From an uncultured Candidatus Saccharibacteria bacterium (lineage in GTDB: Bacteria; Patescibacteriota; Minisyncoccia; Phycocordibacterales; JACOZG01), in assembly GCA_964648765.1 (NCBI GenBank), contig CAZYLF010000001.1, forward strand, positions 12,155 to 76,154: 64,000 nucleotides of DNA, read 5' to 3'. Below are positions 45,336-54,513 of this stretch, one piece after another. Under the pieces are notes generated by a model. The model did not search any database, was not told where the DNA came from, and saw only the letters and a program-made list of their open reading frames with translations. The number at the start of each line of letters is the position of its first letter. Position 1 is the stretch's first letter. Both the position numbers and the translations under genes were made by a program.

Positions 45336-47663
45336 TTAGGCTAATTCGGCCCAGTTGAGCCCTTTTTTGGCGGTGACGGTGAACGGGATTGGGTCGGTGA
45401 TGATAGATTCCATGGCGGGCTTTATTATCTCAATCGCTTTTGGGAGATCCTCCGTTTTAACTTCATACATCAGCTCATCGTGGATTTGGAGGAGGAGAAA
45501 GGCGCTGTTTTTTAGTGGAGATTCAGCGATCGCATTGTCGGCCTTAATCATCGCGAGCTTCACAATGTCGGCGGCCGTACCTTGCAGTGGCGCATTCATC
45601 GCCATACGCTCAGCCGAAGCGCGGATAAATGGCACTTTAGATTTAAGCCCAGGGAATTGTCTGCGACGCCCAAAAAATGTTTCTGTATATCCTTTGGCTG
45701 TGGCATCGGCGATCACGTTATCAAAATAATTTTTAATTTTTGGGAAGGTGGCAAAATAATTTTCATAAAAGAGCGCCGCCTCCTCGCGCGTGCTCCCAAG
45801 ATTGGCGCGTAAAGCATTTACGCCCATGCCGTAGATAATCCCGAAATTAATTACTTTGGCTTTTCTCCTCATCTCTTTTGTCACCTCGCCTTCCGCCACG
45901 CGGAAAACGCGCGCAGCAACGCTCGTGTGCACGTCGGCGCCGGTTTTAAAAATTTCGGTTAAAACTTCATCGCCCGAGAGTAGCGCGAGCACGCGCATTT
46001 CAATTTGTGAGTAATCAAAAGCTAAAAGTTCAAACCCGGGCCCCGCCCCGCTAGCAGCGGGGGTCGCCACAAACGTCCGCCGAATTTCTTTCGCCAATCC
46101 CTCGCCAGCTGGAATGTTTTGGAGATTTGGATCGATTGAAGAAAATCTCCCCGTGGCCGCGCCCATTGGGTTCAGTGTGGTGTGCAATCGCCCATCTGCC
46201 GCCACAAGTTTAGGAATTGCGTCAATGTAAGTGGAGAGCAATTTTTGTAATTCGCGCTGTTTGAGAATTGCCGGGATAATGGCGTGTGTGTCTTTTAACT
46301 TTAAAAGTTCTGACTCTCGCGTGCTGCGCGCACCACCAGCCGTCTTCTTTAACCCTTTGGCTGTTAACTTTAATCCATCAAACAAAACTTCACCAAGCTG
46401 CTTAGGAGAATTTATATTAAACTCTCGTCCGGCTAATTTATAAATTTCACCTTCAAGTTTAGTAAGTTCCACATGTGAATCTTTTGAAAGTTTCTCCATC
46501 TGCTTCACATCAATCAGCATCCCCCGCTCGTTCTGGCGCTTAAGAATTGGGATTAGGGGTAACTCAATTTTTTCATAAACCTCCCAAAGTTTGCCGGTTT
46601 TTTTCAGTTCCGCCTCCAACTCACTTAAACTTTTCTCCGGTTCTGGATTTGTGTCCTCGGAATTTAATAACCAAGCGGCAAGTATTGCTTTGGGTTCTAT
46701 TATTTTTTTCTCGATCTGCTCGACCTCCTTTTCTTCTGATTTACCGTTTAGATTCTGAAGTCGGGCGAAGAGACTTTTGAATCCATATTCGGTAAAAACT
46801 TTTTCGGCAACCTTAACGTCAAAGGTTTCTTTCCAAACTTTTTCAGGGAATTTAAACTCAATCGGTGCATCGCGACGAATCGTGGCGAGGGTTTTAGAAA
46901 ACAGCGCCTCTTCTTCACCAGCTTTTAAAAGTTCCAAGGTTCGGGCCTTCACTCCCGCTTTTAAGAATTCTTCATCACTCTTTTTTAACTTTTTATAAAT
47001 ACTTTCAAGTGAGCCGAAGGTTCCGATTAAAGTTGTGGCACTCTTTTCGCCAATCCCGCGGATGCCAATAATGTTGTCGGAATTGTCTCCCGCCAAACCT
47101 TTATAATCCGGCAAAAGTTTGGGTTCAAAACCAAATCTGGCCACCATCGCCTTTTCGTCATACAAAATTGTGTCGTTCAAACCTTTTTTTAAAGTGTAAA
47201 CGAGCACGCGATCATCATCCACGAGTTGCATGGTGTCCATATCGCCGGAGGCAATAATTACTCGCAGATCTTTATGATCCTTTAATTCTTCTACCGCCGT
47301 GCCGATAATATCGTCCGCCTCAAAGCCGGCTTTGTCGTAAATTGGAATATTAAATCCTTCAAATATTTTTCGGGAAGAAATAATTTGCGCCACCAACGCT
47401 TCATCAGTTTTTGGTCGACCAGCTTTGTAATTATCATAAATTTCTTTCCTAAACGTTGCTTCAGCGCGATCGTAGCAAGCGATAATATAATCCGGTTTTA
47501 GTTCCGTAATAATCCGCATCAACATACTCGACAAGCCATAAAGCCCGCCCGTTGGCTCCCCCGACGCCGACACAAAGTCCGGTATCGCATGATACGCCCG
47601 ATGCAATATCGCATGCACATCAAGCAAAACTACCGTGTGTTTAAAATTCAATTTCTCTTTCAT
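45336..47663 (-). CDS. polA: DNA polymerase I (5'-3' exonuclease + polymerase; 3'-5' exonuclease region largely absent)
   Basis: HRAYHA, EADDIIG, TGRFSSIDPNLQNIP, DYSQIEMR, KVINFGIIYG, LLQIHDE. Confidence 0.95.
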   Translation of the reverse strand: MKEKLNFKHTVVLLDVHAILHRAYHAIPDFVSASGEPTGGLYGLSSMLMRIITELKPDYIIACYDRAEATFRKEIYDNYKAGRPKTDEALVAQIISSRKIFEGFNIPIYDKAGFEADDIIGTAVEELKDHKDLRVIIASGDMDTMQLVDDDRVLVYTLKKGLNDTILYDEKAMVARFGFEPKLLPDYKGLAGDNSDNIIGIRGIGEKSATTLIGTFGSLESIYKKLKKSDEEFLKAGVKARTLELLKAGEEEALFSKTLATIRRDAPIEFKFPEKVWKETFDVKVAEKVFTEYGFKSLFARLQNLNGKSEEKEVEQIEKKIIEPKAILAAWLLNSEDTNPEPEKSLSELEAELKKTGKLWEVYEKIELPLIPILKRQNERGMLIDVKQMEKLSKDSHVELTKLEGEIYKLAGREFNINSPKQLGEVLFDGLKLTAKGLKKTAGGARSTRESELLKLKDTHAIIPAILKQRELQKLLSTYIDAIPKLVAADGRLHTTLNPMGAATGRFSSIDPNLQNIPAGEGLAKEIRRTFVATPAASGAGPGFELLAFDYSQIEMRVLALLSGDEVLTEIFKTGADVHTSVAARVFRVAEGEVTKEMRRKAKVINFGIIYGMGVNALRANLGSTREEAALFYENYFATFPKIKNYFDNVIADATAKGYTETFFGRRRQFPGLKSKVPFIRASAERMAMNAPLQGTAADIVKLAMIKADNAIAESPLKNSAFLLLQIHDELMYEVKTEDLPKAIEIIKPAMESIITDPIPFTVTAKKGLNWAELA

Positions 47664-47696
47664 TTGCCTGCATTTTAGCATAATAACCCTTTGCAA

Positions 47697-47734
47697 AATA
47701 AAAAAGCCCCATCCACCAATCGGTGAACGGGGCC
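47697..47734 (-). terminator. hairpin/terminator after orphan gene
   Basis: gccccatccacc-aatc-ggtgaacggggc preceded by A-run. Confidence 0.65.
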
Positions 47735-47757
47735 CAAGGTCTAAGGATCCAAAAGAT

Positions 47758-48420
47758 TTAGGATTCCAAGACCTGCGGACTAACCGGAGGGACAAGAACG
47801 GCAAAGCCATCGTCAATACCCCATTGATAGTCAGGGCTGTCTTCGCCTACAATAAAACCACCACCAGCGCCACGACTGGAAACTCCGATGAAATGCGGAC
47901 GTGAGAACCGAGCGATTTTGATGGGCTCGTGCAGACCAAAGATAGACTTAAGCCCCATCGCCCCGATCTCATCATTAGGGAAAATCCGGCGAACCCAGCA
48001 GATAATTTCAGCACTCTGATCCTTACCGTAGATAAGGTTATGCCAGTCACAATATCTGCGAATGTTCCGAAGGGTTCGTCCTTCGTCCTCCCAGAGCCTA
48101 CCTGGCAAAATTACCACTTCGTACGTTGTGCCTCTCGGTGTGACCATAACTGGTGACTCATGCAACATACTTGCCGCCACGTTATCCACATTGTATCCAT
48201 TCTCGTGGAACCAATTTGGCCACCCCCAATTAGGTGTCCCTGTCGAGAAGAAAGAGAAACGAATCCATCCGTTCTTGTCTATTCTCCAACGACGCTTTTT
48301 TTCAGAGACAGCAAGTTCACCACTGAGTAACCGCTTCGCCCCTTCAGGCCCGCCGAGTTTATTAAACACGGCTTCAACACTAACGCCACCAACAGAAAGT
48401 TCATACTTAGGAGGCATCAC
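47758..48420 (-). CDS. CPR hypothetical protein resembling DGR variable (CLec-like) proteins
   Basis: EAVFNKLGGPEGAKRLLSGEL N-terminal motif; C-terminal DSPDYQWGIDDGFAVLVP. Confidence 0.6.
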   Translation of the reverse strand: MMPPKYELSVGGVSVEAVFNKLGGPEGAKRLLSGELAVSEKKRRWRIDKNGWIRFSFFSTGTPNWGWPNWFHENGYNVDNVAASMLHESPVMVTPRGTTYEVVILPGRLWEDEGRTLRNIRRYCDWHNLIYGKDQSAEIICWVRRIFPNDEIGAMGLKSIFGLHEPIKIARFSRPHFIGVSSRGAGGGFIVGEDSPDYQWGIDDGFAVLVPPVSPQVLES

Positions 48421-48526
48421 AACACCCTTTCTCCGACTATTAGTCAGACTTCCCTCAACCTATTAGATCAAGGGGCTTGTCCTCGCGGGTAGGCAACACA
48501 CCTCCCCAAATCAAAGAACTGCAAAG

Positions 48527-48555
48527 ATTCTACACCATTGGAAGCTAGAAGTCAA
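48527..48555 (-). promoter_or_regulatory. sigma70-type promoter
   Basis: minus strand TTGACT-N17-TAGAAT. Confidence 0.65.
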
Positions 48556-48562
48556 GGTCTTA

Positions 48563-49018
48563 TTAAGCAGAAAAGATTATTTCTCGGGAGTTTTCGTCGA
48601 GGGTGCGGAAGTGGAGATGGAAGTTGGAATTAACCGAACCCTCCCCCACGCGCTCCGGCCATTCTACTAAAATTAAATTTTCAGGATTTTTTAAAATTTC
48701 TTCCCAGCCAATTGTTTTAAGTTCCTCCGGACCTTTCAGTCGATAAAAGTCGATATGAATTAATTTTTTGTAGCCACCTGAATTTTCTTTAAGATCATAA
48801 TCACGACGGATAACAAACGTCGGACTTGGCACCGTGCGCTCTACTCCAAGCGACTTAGCCAAGTGTTGAGTAAACGTGGTTTTACCACTCCCCAAATCAC
48901 CAGATAAAAACACCACCGTGGCCTGTTTTGGTGAACCTTTTTGTAAAAAAAGATGATTTTTAAGCCACTCCTCGGCCAAAGTTTGCGTCGTTTCCAAATT
49001 TTCACTTAACCGCTTCAT
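48563..49018 (-). CDS. tsaE: tRNA threonylcarbamoyladenosine biosynthesis ATPase TsaE
   Basis: LSGDLGSGKTTF, SPTFVI, HIDFYRL, VEWPE. Confidence 0.95.
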   Translation of the reverse strand: MKRLSENLETTQTLAEEWLKNHLFLQKGSPKQATVVFLSGDLGSGKTTFTQHLAKSLGVERTVPSPTFVIRRDYDLKENSGGYKKLIHIDFYRLKGPEELKTIGWEEILKNPENLILVEWPERVGEGSVNSNFHLHFRTLDENSREIIFSA

Positions 49019-49092
49019 TACGTCATTCTATCATACCGCGTCAATCTATTATTTATCCTTAAATATGCTAGTTGTTATGTTACAATAGTTTT

Positions 49093-50784
49093 ATGACGAT
49101 TGATTTTAAAGAAGAGAAGCAAGAAAAAAAACTGGATGAATTAAAAACCAGAGAAGCTGAGGCTCTTGCTCAAACTCTTTCAATAAAATACGGCATTCCT
49201 TACATCGATCTCACTAAATTCCCAATTAATACCGACGCCCTGCGTTTAATCCCCGAGGCCGAAGCGCATGAGGCTCATCTCGCCGCGTTTAAAGTGGTAG
49301 GTAAAGAGCTATATGTGGCCATTCAATCCCCTAATCAGCTCCCAACCCAAAGAGTTATCCAAGAATTGAAAGATAAAAATTACCAACTAAATGTTTACCT
49401 CGCCTCAGCGGAAAGTTTAAATCATGCTTGGGAGCGTTATTTAGAAATCTCCGCTTCATCCAAGGCTAAATCAGGGGTAATTGATATTTCTGATGAAGAA
49501 ATTGCCAGTCTGCTTGAAAAGTTAGTGACCACTGACGAAATTATAAAAATGTTTGCCGAAGAAAGCGAAACTTCACTAAAAACCGGAAGCATCTCCAGTG
49601 TTTTAGAAATTATGTTGGCTGGGGCGATTAAAATTGGTGCCTCCGACATTCACATTGAGCCCGAGGAGGCCGACACGCGACTCCGCTACCGCTTAGACGG
49701 CGTGCTCCACAACATCACCACCTTCAATAAAAAGATTTACAATCAAATCCTCTCTCGAGTTAAATTAATTTCTGGCCTTAAACTAAATATCAAAAGCAAT
49801 TCTCAAGACGGCCGCTTTAGTATTAAAATCCGTGATATGGAAATTGAGGTCAGAACCTCGATGCTTCCAGGCGCCTACGGAGAATCGATAGTGCTTAGAA
49901 TTTTGAATCCGGAAACTTTAACGATCCCCTTTGAGGGTTTAGGGATGGAAAACCGCTTGCTTGAAATGGTAAATCAAGAAATTGCCAAGCCAAATGGCCT
50001 GATCCTCCTCACTGGCCCTACCGGAAGTGGTAAAACCACCACGCTTTACGCTTTTTTGAAGAAGATTAACTCTTCAGAAACTAAAATTATTACGATTGAA
50101 GACCCAATTGAGTACCACTTAAAAGGCATCAACCAAACGCAAGTAAATCGTGAAAAGGGTTACGACTTCCTCTCTGGACTCCGCTCCGCTCTCCGCCAAG
50201 ATCCAGATGTGATAATGGTAGGAGAAATTAGAGATGAAGAAACAGCCAGCATTGCTCTTAATGCGGCGCTCACTGGTCACTTGGTATTTTCTACCCTTCA
50301 CACCAACAACGCCTTTGGCGTAATTCCAAGACTCATTGATCTTAAGATTAATCCTAAAATCCTCGATGCCGCGCTCCGAATCTCAATCGCCCAACGCCTT
50401 GTGCGCACCCTTTGCCAAAAGTGCAAAAAAACCGCCAAGGCGGATGAAAAGAATACCAAGATGATCACCGCCGTGCTCGGAGCGATTAAAGAAAAGCGGC
50501 CCGACCTCGCGCATGAATGGGCCGGCGAGGTGTGGGTGGCCGAGGGTTGCGACGCCTGCCAGCACACTGGTTACAAAGGGCGGCTGGGGGTGTTTGAAGC
50601 AATTAAAATGGACAGTGCCGTAACAAAGTTATTGGAAAGTAATCCCAATGAGGCAGAAATAAAAAAGGCCTCCGCGCCTCAAGGGATTCTTGATATGCGA
50701 GAGGATGGTATACTTAAAGTTATCGCTGGAGTGACGTCGCTAGATGAGCTAGCGCGAGTGGTAGATTTAGATACAGATCTTTAA
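49093..50784 (+). CDS. GspE/PilB family ATPase (copy 2)
   Basis: ASDIHIEP, GPTGSGKTT, RQDPDVIMVGEIRD, STLHTN; start at MTIDF. Confidence 0.92.
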   Translation: MTIDFKEEKQEKKLDELKTREAEALAQTLSIKYGIPYIDLTKFPINTDALRLIPEAEAHEAHLAAFKVVGKELYVAIQSPNQLPTQRVIQELKDKNYQLNVYLASAESLNHAWERYLEISASSKAKSGVIDISDEEIASLLEKLVTTDEIIKMFAEESETSLKTGSISSVLEIMLAGAIKIGASDIHIEPEEADTRLRYRLDGVLHNITTFNKKIYNQILSRVKLISGLKLNIKSNSQDGRFSIKIRDMEIEVRTSMLPGAYGESIVLRILNPETLTIPFEGLGMENRLLEMVNQEIAKPNGLILLTGPTGSGKTTTLYAFLKKINSSETKIITIEDPIEYHLKGINQTQVNREKGYDFLSGLRSALRQDPDVIMVGEIRDEETASIALNAALTGHLVFSTLHTNNAFGVIPRLIDLKINPKILDAALRISIAQRLVRTLCQKCKKTAKADEKNTKMITAVLGAIKEKRPDLAHEWAGEVWVAEGCDACQHTGYKGRLGVFEAIKMDSAVTKLLESNPNEAEIKKASAPQGILDMREDGILKVIAGVTSLDELARVVDLDTDL

Positions 50785-50786
50785 AA

Positions 50787-50955
50787 GTCAAAGTCATAAA
50801 CCCCTAAACAATCCTTTTAATGCAAAGCATTTAAAGTTAGGTTGATTCTCAAGGATAGCACCAGCAAATCTCCCGAAGGAGATGAACCAAAACGTCCTTT
50901 TGAATAACCCGTTTAAGCCGGTGGGCTCAGTTGCTTAGGGGTTTATGCTTTTGAC
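50787..50955 (+). ncRNA. 6S RNA-like long hairpin with central bubble (strand uncertain)
   Basis: ~25-bp terminal stem, central bubble, ~16-bp internal stem, apical atctcc-cgaa-ggagat hairpin; ~170 nt. Confidence 0.6.
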
Positions 50956-51008
50956 AAGAAATCAACGCCTCAAATGAACGAACCAGATACTAGCATAAAA
51001 ACAAATCA

Positions 51009-52016
51009 ATGTCAAGCACTAAACCAGAGAAAGATTGGTTCCTCGATAGCGCTCTCCGGCCCGCTATTTGGGACGAATACATTGGCCAAACTCATATAAA
51101 AGACAACCTAAAGATCTTACTTTCAGCCGCGCGCGAGCGTTCACACCCTCCAGAACATCTCCTCTTCTACGGACCGCCAGGATTAGGCAAAACCACCCTC
51201 GCCCACCTTATTGCTAAGGAAATAGGCGCTCAAATCAAGGTCACCTCCGGCCCGGCAATTGAACGGGTTGGGGATTTGGCCTCAATTTTGAGTAATTTAG
51301 CCGCTGGCGATATCCTATTTATTGACGAGGTCCATCGCTTGAACAAAACTATTGAAGAAGTGCTCTACCCAGCGATGGAATCTGGGACCCTCGATATTAT
51401 CATTGGTAAGGGTCCGGGCGCAAGGGTAATCCAACTTGACCTCCCCGCCTTCACCCTAATCGCCGCCACCACGCGCGTGGCCCTACTCTCCTCACCTTTA
51501 CGCTCACGCTTTGGTGGTGGGACCTTCCGACTTGAGTTTTATACCCCTGATGAGCTGATGCAAATCGTGAATCGCTCGGCCAAAATTTTAAATATCACGG
51601 TGACTCCTGAAGCGGCAAAGATAATTGCCGAGCGCTCACGCTTTACTCCGCGCTTAGCCAACCAACTCCTCAAACGCTGTCGTGATTATGCTCAAATGCA
51701 AAAAAAAGATATGGTGGATGAGAGCGTTGTAAAAAATACTTTGAACTTAATGGGTGTGGACGAGCACGGCTTAAACGGCGCCGACAGGCAAGTGCTCCAA
51801 ACCGTGATTGAGAAGTTTGGTGGCGGACCAGTGGGTTTGGGCACGATCGCTGCCGCCACGAGCGAGGAGGAAGCGACGATTGAAGAGGTTCATGAACCCT
51901 ATCTCCTCCAACTCGGTTTTATTGAACGCACCCCCCGCGGCCGACTCATCACCAAAAAAGCCTATGACCATCTTGGCTTTGATTACCCTAAAGATAGGCA
52001 AGAAAAATTATTGTAA
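51009..52016 (+). CDS. ruvB: Holliday junction DNA helicase RuvB
   Basis: LRP, GPPGLGKTT, FIDEVHRL, PLRSRFG, RTPRGR. Confidence 0.96.
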   Translation: MSSTKPEKDWFLDSALRPAIWDEYIGQTHIKDNLKILLSAARERSHPPEHLLFYGPPGLGKTTLAHLIAKEIGAQIKVTSGPAIERVGDLASILSNLAAGDILFIDEVHRLNKTIEEVLYPAMESGTLDIIIGKGPGARVIQLDLPAFTLIAATTRVALLSSPLRSRFGGGTFRLEFYTPDELMQIVNRSAKILNITVTPEAAKIIAERSRFTPRLANQLLKRCRDYAQMQKKDMVDESVVKNTLNLMGVDEHGLNGADRQVLQTVIEKFGGGPVGLGTIAAATSEEEATIEEVHEPYLLQLGFIERTPRGRLITKKAYDHLGFDYPKDRQEKLL

Positions 52017-52026
52017 ACTAAACTTT

Positions 52027-52581
52027 ATGGCTGGACATAATAAATGGACACAAATTAAACGCCAGAAGGCCGCAGTGGATGGCAAGAAGAGCAAACTCTT
52101 CTCGATTTTAGCGCGCAACATTACGATGGAAGCCAAGAGAGTAAATGGAGACAAAAATAGCGCGAACTTACGCACAATCATCGAGAAGGCGCGCGCGGCC
52201 AATATGCCGAGCGATAATATTGATCGAGCGATTGCTAAAGCCACGGGCGCGGGAGCCGAGAACTTTGAAGAAGTAATTTACGAAGCCTACGGCCCAGGTG
52301 GCGCGGCTATAATTATTGAAGGTATCACTGACAGCAAAAATCGCACGTCGCAAGAAATTAAACACTTACTTTCACTCCATGAAGCTTCACTCGGTGGTAG
52401 TGGCTCCGTAACTTGGGCATTCTCTAAATCCCCCGCTGGAGAATGGAAAGCAGGCAACTTAATGGAAATTTCTGATGAAGCCACAATGCAAGCGTTAGTA
52501 AATTTAATCGATGCGCTTGAAAATCACGCAGACATTAAAAGAGTGAGCGTGAATGTGGAATTACCAGAAGAGAATCAATAA
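52027..52581 (+). CDS. YebC/PmpR family protein (short form)
   Basis: MAGHNKW, NMPSDNIDRAI, YEAYGPGG, TDSKNRT. Confidence 0.92.
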   Translation: MAGHNKWTQIKRQKAAVDGKKSKLFSILARNITMEAKRVNGDKNSANLRTIIEKARAANMPSDNIDRAIAKATGAGAENFEEVIYEAYGPGGAAIIIEGITDSKNRTSQEIKHLLSLHEASLGGSGSVTWAFSKSPAGEWKAGNLMEISDEATMQALVNLIDALENHADIKRVSVNVELPEENQ

Positions 52582-53066
52582 TGAAAATACTTGGCATTGA
52601 TCCGGGTTATGATAAGTTGGGAATTGCAGTGGTGGAAAAGGTGGAAGGTGAAAAAGAAAAATTAGTTTATTCAGCTTGTATTAAAACCACGCGCGGAGCA
52701 CCGTTCAATGAGAGGTTGATGCAAATTGCAGAAATTGTGGAACAGACAATTTCTGCCCACTCCCCCGCCGCGCTCGCGATTGAAAAACTTTTTTTCACCT
52801 CAAACCAAAAAACCGCCATGCAAGTAAGCGAGGTGCGCGGATTAATAATTTATTTAGCGTCAAAAAATAATTTACAAATTTTTGAGTACACACCATCGCA
52901 AGTTAAAAGCACGGTGGCCGGATCCGGCAATGCGAGTAAAGACCAAATAATAAATATGGTGCCAAGGTTAATAAAAATTAATAAAGAAATTAAAGAGGAT
53001 GATGAGTATGACGCTATTGCACTAGCTCTAACTTGCCTCGCCTGCGAGCCTCTTATCCACAACTAA
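52581..53066 (+). CDS. ruvC: crossover junction endodeoxyribonuclease RuvC
   Basis: ILGIDPG, AIEKLFF, EYTPSQVK, DDEYDAIA. Confidence 0.95.
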   Translation: MKILGIDPGYDKLGIAVVEKVEGEKEKLVYSACIKTTRGAPFNERLMQIAEIVEQTISAHSPAALAIEKLFFTSNQKTAMQVSEVRGLIIYLASKNNLQIFEYTPSQVKSTVAGSGNASKDQIINMVPRLIKINKEIKEDDEYDAIALALTCLACEPLIHN

Positions 53067-53171
53067 GTAGTGGAGGATTTGCAAAAAAAACCGATTATGT
53101 TAATAATGAAGCGGTCCAAAAATGAACGAGTTAAAAAGGTCGTTATTTTAAAGGTTTAATTTGTAAAATAT

Positions 53172-53288
53172 ATGCCAGAAGAAGATGAATTATTGGGTGC
53201 CGATGGCGATGACGTTGATATGCCTGAGGGAGATGACGTAGACCTCGGTGATGATGATGAGGAAGAAGCTGAGGAAGATTTTAGTTAA
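53172..53288 (+). CDS. 38-aa hyper-acidic small protein (not in ORF track)
   Basis: MPEEDELLGADGDDVDMPEGDDVDLGDDDEEEAEEDFS*; fills the ruvC-tyrS gap. Confidence 0.65.
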   Translation: MPEEDELLGADGDDVDMPEGDDVDLGDDDEEEAEEDFS

Positions 53289-53312
53289 AAAATAAGTTTA
53301 TAAAGAAATTCC

Positions 53313-54458
53313 TTAAACTAAAACTTTAAGGAATTTCTTTTTGCCCACACGGAAAATATTAGTCTCCTCAACCTTAAACCATTGATCAGTAATCTTAATT
53401 TCTCCATTTATGGTCACCGCTCCCGCTTCCACTAAATTTTTAAAAGCGGTTTTAGAATCAATTAACTTTTGCTCAAGTAAAATGTCGGCGAGTAAACTCC
53501 CCCTCTCCACCTTCACCTCTTTAATCTCAGTTGGCAATTCTTTAGTTTGAAATACTTTTACAAAATTTTTCTCGGCTTTGTTTGCCTTAGACTCTCCATG
53601 AAATAGTTTAGTGATCTCTTTAGCCAAGCGCATTTTGCCGTCACGAGGATTGGTGCTAATTAAATTTTTAAATTCTTGTTCCGGAAGACGAGTGCAAATT
53701 TCAAATCCGAGCGCGAGCAAACCATCTGGCCAGCTCATCACTTTGCCATACACATCATTTGGTAAATCCTCAAACGTCACCATGTTGCCTTCCGTCTTCC
53801 CCATTTTTTTGCCAGTGGCATCAACTAAAAGTTTAGTGGCAATTACAAACTTTTCTTTACCGCGCTTCGTCATCATGGTGCGACCAGTGAGCATGTTGAA
53901 GGTTTGATCATTTGCGCCGATCTCCGCATCCACACCCATCGCCACACTGTCGTAACCTTGTAGCATTGGGTAAAACATTTCATGAAAGTGCACTGGTAAG
54001 TTAGATTTTATTCTCTCCTGAAACATGTCGCGCTCAAGAAGTTGTGCAACCGTAAATTCTGAAGCCAAATTAAGCACCTCAGCCAACTTTAATTTGCCCA
54101 ACCAATCATTATTCTTTTTAAAAACAATTTTTTTAAGATCAAGAATCTTTCCAATTTGTTTTCGATATTTCTGATAATTAGCCTTAACCTCGTCTGGGGT
54201 TTGTTGTTTGCGAGTAGAAATCTTATCTGGATCACCAATTTGGGCAGTAAATGTGCCATAGAGAATAATTATCTCGTGCCCCGCGTCTTGGAGTTCACGA
54301 AGTTTAAGTAAAACCGTGGCGTGGCCCAAATGTAAAGTCGGTCCGGTGGGGTCAATACCTAAATAAATTTTAATCGGGCCACCTGCGAGCCTCGTTTTAA
54401 ACAATTCAGGCGATGGATAAATTCTCTCCACCCCTCGAGTAAAAAATTCTTCATTCAT
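53313..54458 (-). CDS. tyrS: tyrosine--tRNA ligase
   Basis: GIDPT..LHLGH, YPMLQGYD, DQTFN, KMGKT, S4-like C-terminus. Confidence 0.95.
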   Translation of the reverse strand: MNEEFFTRGVERIYPSPELFKTRLAGGPIKIYLGIDPTGPTLHLGHATVLLKLRELQDAGHEIIILYGTFTAQIGDPDKISTRKQQTPDEVKANYQKYRKQIGKILDLKKIVFKKNNDWLGKLKLAEVLNLASEFTVAQLLERDMFQERIKSNLPVHFHEMFYPMLQGYDSVAMGVDAEIGANDQTFNMLTGRTMMTKRGKEKFVIATKLLVDATGKKMGKTEGNMVTFEDLPNDVYGKVMSWPDGLLALGFEICTRLPEQEFKNLISTNPRDGKMRLAKEITKLFHGESKANKAEKNFVKVFQTKELPTEIKEVKVERGSLLADILLEQKLIDSKTAFKNLVEAGAVTINGEIKITDQWFKVEETNIFRVGKKKFLKVLV

Positions 54459-54513
54459 CTTTAAAAATTTACCACACTTTACCCCTTGATTCCAGATGTG
54501 TTAGCATGGTGAA

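Noticed and set aside
47664-47816. N-terminal extension of PolA in the ORF track
   Set aside because: It overlaps the upstream gene's end and terminator; a -10 box just before MKEKLNF supports the later start.
48182-48190. Perfect DnaA box TTATCCACA
   Set aside because: Isolated and inside a coding region (NVDN codons); plausible by chance.
11803-48420. Complete DGR in this window
   Set aside because: No reverse transcriptase, Avd or AAC-rich template repeat was recognised; only target-like genes.
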